DNA of 64,000 nucleotides, taken from Candidatus Omnitrophota bacterium (GTDB lineage Bacteria > Omnitrophota > Gorgyraeia > Zapsychrales > Zapsychraceae). Positions 29,283-39,600 of this stretch are shown one piece after another. The notes under the pieces are model-generated. The model was not told the origin of the DNA, ran no database searches, and saw only the letters and a program-made list of their open reading frames with translations. The DNA is taken from positions 10,594 to 74,593 of the forward strand of contig JAIORP010000068.1 in assembly GCA_021108075.1 (NCBI GenBank), in the 5' to 3' direction. Numbering within the stretch: the stretch's first letter is position 1; every line of letters begins with the position of its first letter. The translations under genes were made by a program, and so were the position numbers.

Positions 29283-30782
29283 ATGCGTGTAGGATTTCTA
29301 AACCCGGGGTATGAACATTTAGGCCTGGAATATTTGTCGGCGTCATTGCGCCGGGCAGGCCATACCACACAGTTGTTTTTAGACCCGATCTTATTCAATG
29401 AAAGCGGATTTATCCAGCGCCCCTTACTGGCCAAATGGTTTTCCTTTGAAAAACACATCATCCGTTCCATTCAAGAATATCAGCCCGACCTGTTGTGCCT
29501 GTCTGTGCTCTCGGATAATTATCAATGGGCCTGCTCGTGGGCGGAAACGATTAATTCGGTTTATTCCGTTCCTATTGTCATCGGAGGTATTCATCCCAGT
29601 TCTGTTCCTGATCATGTCATTCAAAATCAATGGATTGATTATCTTTGCGTGGGCGAGGGGGAGGAGGCCCTGGTTGATCTGGTCCGGTGTTTAGAGGCAA
29701 AACAGAACCCTTCCCGGATAAAAAATATTTGGACCGTCCAGGCGGGTCAGGTTCACCGCAATGAGGTGCGTCCGTTGATATCGGATATCAACACCCTTCC
29801 CTATCCGGACAAAGCCCTGTTTTATTCCCAACTGCCGGCCTTGAAACGTATTTATTCCATCAGCACGTCTCGTGGTTGTCCCTTCACATGCAGTTATTGT
29901 TGCAATAATGTCTGGAAATCCATCTATCGCGCCCGGAAAAGTCTGTTGCGCCGCCGTTCGGTTGCCAACGTGATCGATGAGTTGTCAGACGCCAAAAGAA
30001 GGTACGTTCCAAAGTCGATCGCTTTTTTGGACGAAGTCTTTAACATGGAAAAGGAATGGCTGTTAGATTTTTTTAAAGAGTACCGGGCTAAAATTGATTT
30101 GCCTTTTTCCTGTTTTGTTTTTCCTGATTATTTGGATGAGGAAATTATTCTGGAATTAAAGAAAAGCGGTTGCATCAAGGTTCAGATGGGTGTGCAGTTG
30201 ATCGATGAAGAAAAACGCAACCGTTTGTTAAACCGCAGGTCCTCGAACGCGAAGATTCAGACGGCCATCGCGTTGTGCAAGCAGACCGGTATTTTTGTGG
30301 CCTGTGATGTCATCTGGGGGCTGCCGGACACAACCGAAGCGGATCTGTTCCAGGCCGTTGACTTTTTTTGTCAGACGACGCCTGACCATATTGAAATTTT
30401 TTGGCTGCGTTATTATCCGAAGACCAGCCTGACGGAATGGGCCAGAAAGAATGGCTATCTTACAGCGGCGGATTATCAGGCCATCAATGAAGGTGTGGTG
30501 TCGACCGGGATTGTGCGCGGGAAAAACAAGGCCACAAAGCTGGAAAAGAAAATTTTTGTTCTGTTGTATTTATGGCCGTTATTGCCAGAGAAACTCCGGA
30601 TGTATTTGGCTAAAAAATCTTTCTACCGGTTTCTCCCGGCAGGGGTGTCTATTTTAGCGCTTTATATATTGAAAAGGCTTGTGAAAAGGTCTCGGTATGA
30701 TATAAATACGGAGCAGACAATGTCCAGATATGTGTACTTTATGTTTTTGAAATTTAAATTAAAGGTAAAATTGCAAAGATAA
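29283..30782 (+). CDS. B12-binding (class B) radical SAM enzyme
   Basis: LGLEYLSASL and STSRGCPFTCSYCCN. Homologous to the N-half of 8686. Confidence 0.9.
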   Translation: MRVGFLNPGYEHLGLEYLSASLRRAGHTTQLFLDPILFNESGFIQRPLLAKWFSFEKHIIRSIQEYQPDLLCLSVLSDNYQWACSWAETINSVYSVPIVIGGIHPSSVPDHVIQNQWIDYLCVGEGEEALVDLVRCLEAKQNPSRIKNIWTVQAGQVHRNEVRPLISDINTLPYPDKALFYSQLPALKRIYSISTSRGCPFTCSYCCNNVWKSIYRARKSLLRRRSVANVIDELSDAKRRYVPKSIAFLDEVFNMEKEWLLDFFKEYRAKIDLPFSCFVFPDYLDEEIILELKKSGCIKVQMGVQLIDEEKRNRLLNRRSSNAKIQTAIALCKQTGIFVACDVIWGLPDTTEADLFQAVDFFCQTTPDHIEIFWLRYYPKTSLTEWARKNGYLTAADYQAINEGVVSTGIVRGKNKATKLEKKIFVLLYLWPLLPEKLRMYLAKKSFYRFLPAGVSILALYILKRLVKRSRYDINTEQTMSRYVYFMFLKFKLKVKLQR

Positions 30783-30924
30783 TTTTCATTTTGTGTGACA
30801 GGGGCAACCAGATTCATTTTTTGCTGAATATCAATAGCGTTAAAATGGAAACACGTTAACGGAAGATAAGAGCTGTTTGAGACCGGGTATTTTGAACCGG
30901 AAAATAGGCGTCATTTGAATTGTC

Positions 30925-32088
30925 ATGAATAAATATCGAAAAGAAATCGTTTTGTTTTTTCTGGTGCTTTCTTTTTGTTTGAGGTTTGCCGTTGCCTCTG
31001 AAGCTGAGTTGACCTTTGATGAAAATTACTGGATCGGTTATGTTAAGCATTGTTCCGTCGAAGATGGGAAGATCAATTTTGTCTGGCATGGCTCAGGCCA
31101 TCCGGCCTTAGCCGTTTATCTGATCAAACTCAGCACGGTCATTTTTGGAGAAAGCGTGCTCGGCCATCGCTTGATGAACCTGTACGCGGGTGTTTTAACG
31201 GTTTGGATGTTGTATCTCATATCCATGCGGTGGTTTGGTTTCGGCGCGGCGGTGTGGACGCTTATTTTAGCGACCTTTAATGAATACCTGATCGGTATTT
31301 CAGCGATTGCCACGGCAAAAAGTTATTATTTTTTATTCGCTTCGGCGGGAATCTATTTGTTTTATCGGGGATTAGAAGAGAAGAGTAAACAAAAAATCTA
31401 TGGGAGCGGTTTTTTTGTCGGGCTGGCCTTTTTGAGCAGTGAAATATCCGCTTTATTGATCGTGGCCTTTGCTCTGTTCTTGTTGTGTTCGAAATACCGG
31501 TTCTGGTTTAAGCGCAAAGAGATTTATTTTGCCGCGTTGATTTTTTTCGTCGTGATATCGCCGGACATTTGCTTTAACATTACCAATCAAACGCCGGACC
31601 ATGATGGTTTGGTGAATTATTTGGATCACTTCAAACGCATCGGGCGGATTGGTTTCAGCATTCATCCCTTTGCCTTTTATTTTAGCGATTTCTATAATGG
31701 CCTTTTAACCCCCAGGGGGCTATGGGAAAACATGTCTCCGGAATATCCGGCGCCCAATGGCTTTTGGGGTTTTCTTTGCTTCGCGGGGACAATTTTCGCG
31801 TTATTTGTTAAGAAACAACCGCTGGAAAAGATTTTGCTGATCATTTTTTTTCTTGTGTTCGGTATTCTGCTGTTTTTAACATGGGTTCCGGATGATCCTG
31901 TTTGGGAAGCAGGTTTGGTTAAAGTTGAATGGGTTTGGTGCGCGATTACCCTGATCCCGGCGCTTTTGCTGACAGCCCATAAGATCGCTCAGATAAAGGA
32001 GCGCCATTCATGGTTGTATTTCTTTATCATTTTATTTGTGATGACTGCTGTCTATAAAACTTTCATGAGTGTGAGCGCCTGGCAATAA
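30925..32088 (+). CDS. polytopic membrane protein, GT-C (ArnT/PMT-like) glycosyltransferase-like
   Basis: Multi-TM protein with N-terminal pattern reminiscent of GT39/GT83 enzymes. Weak call. Confidence 0.4.
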   Translation: MNKYRKEIVLFFLVLSFCLRFAVASEAELTFDENYWIGYVKHCSVEDGKINFVWHGSGHPALAVYLIKLSTVIFGESVLGHRLMNLYAGVLTVWMLYLISMRWFGFGAAVWTLILATFNEYLIGISAIATAKSYYFLFASAGIYLFYRGLEEKSKQKIYGSGFFVGLAFLSSEISALLIVAFALFLLCSKYRFWFKRKEIYFAALIFFVVISPDICFNITNQTPDHDGLVNYLDHFKRIGRIGFSIHPFAFYFSDFYNGLLTPRGLWENMSPEYPAPNGFWGFLCFAGTIFALFVKKQPLEKILLIIFFLVFGILLFLTWVPDDPVWEAGLVKVEWVWCAITLIPALLLTAHKIAQIKERHSWLYFFIILFVMTAVYKTFMSVSAWQ

Positions 32089-32089
32089 T

Positions 32090-32192
32090 GCCAATCACAT
32101 TAAATAATTCTTCTGATTTCTCATCGCTATTTGCGTAAAAGCGTTCGCAAAAAACGACGGAATAAAACAATTCATTAATGGATTTGGTATCA
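32090..32192. repeat. MITE/REP-like repeat, degenerate copy G
   Basis: CACATTAAATAATTC...GCGTAAAAGCGTTCGC...CATTAATGGATTTGGTAT. Confidence 0.55.
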
Positions 32193-32520
32193 TATCGCGT
32201 TTATCGACCGGATCGTTTGTTGAGCGGGAAGACATGCGAAATTTTTTAATTTGTCATTTTTATTGGAGTTGATCACAGCAGAACATGATTGCCGAAATTA
32301 GCCATATCCTCTATAATTACGTGTTAATGCGATGATTGTCCCGGGATGTCAGGAAAAGGGAATGGGCGTTTGTTGCTGATTTATTCTTGGATGCTCCAGA
32401 CGGGGAGCGGCGCGGAAAGAGTCAATAGGATATTTTTTTGATCGGGTCTCAGACGCACGAACATTCATTCTTCACTCGCATGGTTATCAGTTTAAACTAT
32501 TTGTACGGTTCAAAAATCAG

Positions 32521-33963
32521 ATGAAAAAAGTCAGTGTAACATTGTTAAAAAAATTTTGTGTTTTTTTGATCGGCCTTTTTGTGGGACTCTGTCTGCTCGA
32601 GGCCGGCCTGCGTGTCGTAGGATATATTGTTCTGCATCAGAGATCACAGGTGCGGAAAATAGCTCAGGTGCGGAAAAACAGGAACGCGCAGACGATCCTG
32701 TTTTTAGGTGATTCGTATACCTTCGGAGGCAATGTCTCTGTTCATCAAAATTTTCCCAGTCAGTTTGAAGAGATATTGAAAACAAAGCGGCTGGCCCAGG
32801 ATATTCGGGTTGTCAACGGTGGGTGGTGTGAACAAACGACCCGTGACCTTCTTCCGCGTTTAAAAAAAATATTGTCCACGCATCAACCGGATGTGATTGT
32901 CCTTTTGATCGGCGCGGCCAACCGTTACAACCTGGATGATTATGATTTCTCCCGGAATCAATTATTTTATTTTTTAACGAATTTACGCGTTTACAAGATG
33001 GCGCGTATTATCGCGGTGAATTTAAAGGCGAACCGTCTGGCCCATGACGCGCGGCATTTCGGTCTGAACGCGGATTTATACAAAAAAAGAGTGCGACAAT
33101 TACGTCATTTTCAGTCCATCGATCAATACTCCGAGGATTTGACCCTGGACCAAAAAGCTTTTTATTATTTTAATAAGGGAGATCATGATAAAGCGTGGGA
33201 GCTTATTCATGTTTTTCTCAAGAGTCATCCGGAATCCCTTGAGGCGCTTATGGCCGCAGGCTTTTTTCATTATAAAAAATATGAGTATGCGCAGTGTGAT
33301 GTGGTCCTTCAGAGAATAATTAAAATTTGTGAGACCCGGATAGCCAACAATCAGACCTCTGAGCGGGTTCGCTCTCATCTCGCGTTTGCCGCCGTCTCAC
33401 GCGCGAATTTTCTTTTGGTTTTCCGCCGGCATGCCGACGCGATTGATTATATTTTTAAAACATTATTGATTGAACCGAATGGAACGCTGCTTCAATATTT
33501 GATCCGTTCGTATTCCCTGCAAAGCAAGTACTCGGCAGCCGATATGGTCGGTTTTTATGACGAGTTGTTTCGAAAAAAACCGGAGCTGCGGGATTTCAAA
33601 TTGTTCTTAAATAATTACCGGTATTTTTCTGATGAAAAAGTTTGGGAGAAAAGGCTGGAGTCCTGGCTGCGCGACGATCTGGACGAAATTGTGAGGATAT
33701 GTCGTCAGAGCGGGGTAACGCTCATTCTGCAAAATTATCCTTTTCCCTATGCTGTCGCTAATACCGCGATTGAGGATGTTGCCAGAAAATATTCATTGCC
33801 TGTGATCGATCAGTTGTCTTATTTTGAAGAGTTGATAGGTCAGGGTTTTGAGAACGATTATTTAGAAGATGACGCCCATTGCACAGTCAAAGGCTATCAA
33901 CATATGGCCCGTCATATTTATGACTATTTATCATCCATTAATATGTTAGAAGTTAGAAAGTGA
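32521..33963 (+). CDS. membrane-anchored SGNH/GDSL hydrolase family protein
   Basis: N-terminal TM helix. FLGDSYTFGG block I. C-terminal DDAHCT (DxxH block V). Confidence 0.6.
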   Translation: MKKVSVTLLKKFCVFLIGLFVGLCLLEAGLRVVGYIVLHQRSQVRKIAQVRKNRNAQTILFLGDSYTFGGNVSVHQNFPSQFEEILKTKRLAQDIRVVNGGWCEQTTRDLLPRLKKILSTHQPDVIVLLIGAANRYNLDDYDFSRNQLFYFLTNLRVYKMARIIAVNLKANRLAHDARHFGLNADLYKKRVRQLRHFQSIDQYSEDLTLDQKAFYYFNKGDHDKAWELIHVFLKSHPESLEALMAAGFFHYKKYEYAQCDVVLQRIIKICETRIANNQTSERVRSHLAFAAVSRANFLLVFRRHADAIDYIFKTLLIEPNGTLLQYLIRSYSLQSKYSAADMVGFYDELFRKKPELRDFKLFLNNYRYFSDEKVWEKRLESWLRDDLDEIVRICRQSGVTLILQNYPFPYAVANTAIEDVARKYSLPVIDQLSYFEELIGQGFENDYLEDDAHCTVKGYQHMARHIYDYLSSINMLEVRK

Positions 33964-34285
33964 CAGGCCTGGTCTTCCGGGGCGGGAGGAATGTTTGTGC
34001 CTCTCCAATCAAGCCGGATGATGTTGTTGAAGAAGATTCCATCGGGTAAAAATTTTGAGATGTCCCTTCTGGGAATATGTTTCAACTGGGTGTTGTATTG
34101 AAAAAGATTCCACGCCATGACTTTTTGGCCGGATAGTGGGCGTAACCTGTTAAAAAAGTATAATATTATTTTAGGCTCTTTCTCAGAATCTGTGGGTAAA
34201 ATAATAAAAAAATAAGCATTGTTGCTTCAGTTTGATAGAATGCGGTTTGCGAAAACCTAGCATTCAGAACTGGAGATGACCAACA

Positions 34286-34790
34286 ATGCTCGCAAAAATA
34301 ATACTAAACAAAACATATCCTGTCAAAGGATTCGTTTATGGCAAAGTCAGCCTTGAAAATGAAACAATTTGTATTGAAATTCATGAACGAAAAAACTCAA
34401 AAGCAAAGTGTTCATGTTGTCATCAACACATGCCCACGTATGATCATATGAAAGAACGTCGATTTAAATTTGTTCCCCTTTGGGGAATTAATGTTACATT
34501 CATTTATCGGCCGAGATGAGTTGATTGTCTCAAAGACGGAATAAAAATTGAATTCATTCCTTGAACCGATGGTAAAAGTCCAGTATGCCAGCCATTTAAA
34601 TTATTTCTGGCACACTGGGCAAAACTGTTATCCTGGAAAGAAGTCGCTGTTCAGTTCAAAGTTTCTTGGCACAATGTATTTGAATCTGTTCAACACGTTG
34701 TTCAATACGGCTTAAAACATTGAGATCTGGATAACGTCAAAGCAATAGGCATAGATGAAATTCAATTAACGAGGCTAATTGTTATATAAA
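34286..34790 (+). mobile_element. degraded ISL3-family transposase N-terminal remnant (frameshifted and nonsense-interrupted)
   Basis: Frame a gives CSCCHQHMPTYDH..RFKFVPLWGINVTFIYRPR. Frame b gives WAKLLSWKEVAVQFKVSWHNVFESVQHVVQYGLKH*DLDNVKAIGIDEIQL, as in the N-terminus of ISL3 transposases. No DDE domain follows. Confidence 0.65.
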
Positions 34791-34925
34791 TTTTGTTGAA
34801 ATAAACGAACAATTTAATGAAGTATGGAAACGATGTCAGGTCGCTTTAGCGGGTCCAAATGACGTCGGGTAGATTTTCTATGCTGTCATGCTGACTGTGT
34901 TGTGTCCGGTTAAGAGGAAAACAGG

Positions 34926-35936
34926 ATGAGTCAAGTTTTTAAACCCAAAATTGCGATTGTAGGGTCCGGGGCAGTGGGGAGTGTTATCGGTGGTTTGCTG
35001 GCACGGGAGGGAGAAAACGCGACTCTCATTGCCCGTAAAGCACACGTCGAGACTATTAATAAAAATGGATTATTTATTGATGGAATATTGGGTTCGTTCT
35101 CTGTTCATGTCCAGGCAAAAGAAGAGCTCACATTCAGACCGGACCTGGTGCTTCTCACAGTAAAGGCGCAGGATGTGGAATCTGTGTGTAGGCAAATAAA
35201 GCCATATATCACTGATGTGCCGGTTGTAACCCTGCAGAACGGGATCAGAAGTGAAGAAATGGCGGCTTCTTTGCTGGGGGAAAAGAATATCATCCGTGGT
35301 GTTGTTCTCTTCAACGCGCAGTTCCTAAAATCCGGGTGCGTGACATATGGCGAGAAGGGTTCTTTGCTATTGGGGGAGGCGTTTCGACAGAATGGAAGAC
35401 GTGTTGCTGATATTGCGGGTATTCTCAGGCGAGCCATCAAGACAGAAGTCAGTGACAATATTTACGGGGTACGTTGGACAAAATTGCTTGTAAGGGTTAT
35501 GGTAAATAGCCTGGAAGCAATGACGGGATTGAGCTTCAAAGAGTGTATGAGATATCCCGGAATGAGGCGGATTGGTATGTTTATCCTGAGGGAGGCATTT
35601 GAGGTCGTCGAAAAGGCAGGTGTCAAACTAGAGCCGCTACCCGGCTTGCCTCTAACCGTTTTCAAACTTATCATCAAATCACCGTTGGTCATAGCCTCAC
35701 TGGCGTTGAGACTGAGGATGAGCTCCACAGACACAATTACATCCACTCTGCAGAGTATGCGCAGAGGCCGGCCTACCGAAATCAATTATCTCAACGGTGA
35801 AATAGTGATACAGGGGAGGGCGGTGAACATTTCAACCCCGTATAACTTGAAGGCAGTAGAATTGGTTCATGCCGTAGAGCGAACAGGCCGATTTTGTTCG
35901 CCATTACATTTAGAAAGTCAGTTTTTGAGCGGGTGA
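34926..35936 (+). CDS. panE: 2-dehydropantoate 2-reductase (ketopantoate reductase, PanE/ApbA family)
   Basis: IAIVGSGAVGS N-terminus. KLLVRVMVNSLEA and EINYLNGEIV family blocks. Confidence 0.7.
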   Translation: MSQVFKPKIAIVGSGAVGSVIGGLLAREGENATLIARKAHVETINKNGLFIDGILGSFSVHVQAKEELTFRPDLVLLTVKAQDVESVCRQIKPYITDVPVVTLQNGIRSEEMAASLLGEKNIIRGVVLFNAQFLKSGCVTYGEKGSLLLGEAFRQNGRRVADIAGILRRAIKTEVSDNIYGVRWTKLLVRVMVNSLEAMTGLSFKECMRYPGMRRIGMFILREAFEVVEKAGVKLEPLPGLPLTVFKLIIKSPLVIASLALRLRMSSTDTITSTLQSMRRGRPTEINYLNGEIVIQGRAVNISTPYNLKAVELVHAVERTGRFCSPLHLESQFLSG

Positions 35937-36011
35937 ACAAGTTGCGGGAACGGAGTAGACGTCGATGAGGACGCGTTCCATATCAAATCCACTTATGAAT
36001 TGTTTTATCTT

Positions 36012-36062
36012 AATTCTGAAAAGCAGAATGGGGTTTGGTCATTATTTAATGGAATTGGTATA
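36012..36062. repeat. MITE/REP-like repeat, half copy F
   Basis: AATTCTGAAAAGCAGAATGGGGTTTGGTCATTATTTAATGGAATTGGTATA. Confidence 0.7.
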
Positions 36063-36147
36063 AGCGGAGGGTTTAGCTTTCCGGTCGGCGATCATTGTCA
36101 GGATATGCTATAATTAAAAAAAGCCCTATAAATCATTCAACTGAGAT

Positions 36148-36468
36148 ATGACGCGAATGCTGATACTGACATTGTTTCTTATTTATTTTTTATCATTGAT
36201 TGTAACGACCAGCTTGATGACCCTGGTGTATAAACCATCGTTTGTGCCTGCGGTAGAATTTATTGAAGTGTCCGGCATACAGTTTTGGAGCGCCATTTTG
36301 GCCTTCCTGTTGACGCTCATTGTTTGCAAAATTTTTGTAATATTGAAATTTAAGCTGTTTCGTTCTCCTGTCGATAAGCCCCCTGATTTTTACGAATCAA
36401 TTTATGTGCGCAGAGTGCGCAAAGAAATGGAGAGTCTGACCAAAGGGTTGGACAATAATAAAAAATAG
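36148..36468 (+). CDS. small hypothetical membrane protein
   Basis: Two hydrophobic helices. Weak. Confidence 0.35.
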   Translation: MTRMLILTLFLIYFLSLIVTTSLMTLVYKPSFVPAVEFIEVSGIQFWSAILAFLLTLIVCKIFVILKFKLFRSPVDKPPDFYESIYVRRVRKEMESLTKGLDNNKK

Positions 36469-36671
36469 TCCGTCCCCGGACTTTTAATCTGCTCCGGTCA
36501 ATTTTTCGGATGTGTTGGCTATTTTCAAGGCCACCTTTAATATTAATAGACATACTAATCTATTTTTTAATAGCTCAGCAGGGTTCCGGGTTAATAATTA
36601 AATTTGTTAATATTAAATAAATGTTTTATACTAAAAAAGCGTTTTCTTATTAATATATAAATACTTTTAAT

Positions 36672-39600
36672 ATGTGGAATTTTATTCAAAATAAGAAATA
36701 TTATGTTTATAAGCAAATCACTGCGTTATGCATTGCTGTATCCTTTTTTGGATCAACAATATTCCCGGTTCCTTTAGCTCAAGCTCAGAGTGTGCCTGCA
36801 ACGGTTGGTCTGGATCTTCCAACCCCTGGGACAATGGTAACATTAAGCCCTGGATTTATACCCGCCGTTATTAAAGGCGTAAAAATTTTTCCTAATCAAC
36901 CTCTAAGATTTGATTTTATCGTTGACCCGGGAGACTCCGGGTTAAAAGGGACTGGTTTAAAAAGTGAAGCCAACAAACTCATTAAATATTTTCTCGCGGC
37001 AATAACTGTTCCCGAAGATGATATGTGGGTTAATCTTTCCCCATACGAGAAAGACAGAATAATTGCGGAAGGTTTTGGGAAGACTGAGATGGGGCGAGAT
37101 CTACTCGCGCAGGACTATATCTTAAAACAAATCACAGCATCCCTTATGTTTCCTGAAGAAGAAATTGGAAATGAATTCTGGGATAAGGTCTATCAAAAGG
37201 CGGTTGATTTATATGGCACGTCAGAGATCCCGGTTAATACATTTAATAAGGTGTGGATTATTCCAGAAAAAGCTATTGTTTATGAAAATGGCGATACTGT
37301 CTTTGTCTCAGAAAGTCATTTAAAGGTAATGCTCGAGGAGGATTATCTCGCGCTTGAGTATAATTCATTGAATAGTGAAAATGGTACTGACCAGATTAAT
37401 AAAAATGACGTGGAGCAACCGGATGATGTTTCCTCCTCTATCATAAGAGAAATTATTATTCCCGAATTAGAAAAAGAAGTGAATACAGGAAAGAATTTCG
37501 CGAATTTAAGACAGATTTTTAATTCTGTGATTTTGGCTACCTGGTTCAAACGGAATCTTAAAGAAAGTTTGTTAGGCAAAGTTTACATGGATCAAAACAA
37601 GGTCGAGGGTGTTAACACAGAAGATCGTCAGGTTAACGAAAAAATTTATCAGCAATATTTAGAGGCTTTCAAAGTTGGTGTATATGATTTTATTAAGGAA
37701 GATTATGACACAACAACACAAGAAGTTATTCCTCGAAAATATTTTTCAGGAGGAGCTCTTTTAGCTTTAAAAAATGCCTATAGGAAAAGGGACACGTCGG
37801 AAGGGGTTGCTGTAAGTGAAGACAGTATTGTTGCAGGTGTCCAGTTGGTTGCCGCCCCTCATAGTTATGCTAATAGAGCGGTTAGAGAGACAGGTGAGCT
37901 TCCGGATGTTTCTAATTTAGACGATTATAGGAACAATTTACCACAGGAAGTAATGGATGGCGTAAGACGATTTTTGCGTAGTGAGAAAGGATTAGAAGTA
38001 GACGAGAAGTTTATGCGTAATATTCCCATAATTTCAAGACCTGGATATTTATCAAAGTACGGTGAATTTGGACATGTTGGTCTGGGGGAGATGTATGGTG
38101 AAATAGTGATTTATCTGGATTCGGAATCTTTTGAAAATATAACGAGATTAGCCCATGAAATTGCTGAGGCCTTTAATTTCGAATCAGGTAGAAGGGACCT
38201 TTATGTGTCCAGTGAATTTATTACACAGCTCAGAGAATTTGTGGGAGAGTATGCTACAGAGTTAGAGAGCATTGGCCGCAATGGTCAGGACGCTATACAG
38301 AAATTTGAAGCTCATCTTAAAAATACTCCCGGAAAATCATTCGAGCCATGGATGATGCGTTGGTGGATCTGGGCTACTTCAGAAGGAAAAGAATTTGCTG
38401 ATCGTTCACATGATCTATCTCCCTCACTTGCTGAGGAATACGAAATAGCCGCTCAGGCGGGAAAGCTTCCAACGGGATTAAGGTTCACACCAACCCAATT
38501 AGATCAAGTCGATCGTAATGTAGCGGCAGGTAATAAAAGCCGCCAATTTTTAACACTGGATGATGTAAAAATCAGGGACAAACGGGTTCTAATTAGACTT
38601 GATATAAACGCGCCTGTTAGTGATGGAAAAATCAAACCAACGGAAAGGATTACAGCTTCATCAGAAACGATTAGAGAGGCGGCTGAAAGTGGAGCTAAAG
38701 TCGCTATTATCGCTCATCAAGGACGGCCGGGAGATGATGATTACATGGAATCGTTGGATCAGCACGCACAATTACTTTCAGAAAAGATAGGTCGCCCCGT
38801 TAGAGCAATAAATGATTTATACGGAGAAGAAGCACAGGAAGCGATCCGATCATTACAAAGTGGTGAAGTAATCATTCTGGGCAATGTTAGGCCAAAAGAA
38901 AAAGATCCAGAATTTGTGGCAAATCTTGAACCTTTATTTGACTTTTTTATATTTGATGGTTTTTCTGTCGCTCACAGGGATACAAATAGTGTTACAGGAT
39001 TTAAAAATATTCCAAACGTTGCCGGACGATTAATGGAAAGAGAGTTAGACGGAAATCAACGGTTTTTGACTGCCCTTGAGCATCCTTACGTGGAGTTATT
39101 GGGGGGGGCTAAGATTAGTGATCACGTAGACGCGTTAGATTATGGTTTAGAGCAGGGACTTATTGATCGTGTGCTTACCGGAGGCATGTTAGGTCAGTTG
39201 TTATTGCTTATTGATGGTTACCAATTAGGTGAGCCTACTATGAAGGTTTTGCGTGAGCAGGATGTGGATGAATCCCGACCGGAAGGTCTTTTAAGTTTAA
39301 TTCCACGAATTAGAGATATTTATGAAAGACACCGGGACAAATTTGAGTCACCCTCTGATCTCGCTTATGAAGATGCTGACGGTGAGAGACAGGAAATCGC
39401 GATTACTGATTTAGGTGAGGATGGCGCACCATTTGTCATTGGTGACAATGGGACAGAAACTGCTAACCGATACGCGGATATTTTAAGAGAAGCGAAGACA
39501 GGATTTGTGAAAGGTCCTCAGGGCAATTACAAGAATGATAATTTCAAAAAAAGTTCAGAGATTACTTTTGGAGCACTCGCGGATTCGGGGGCTTTCTGGA

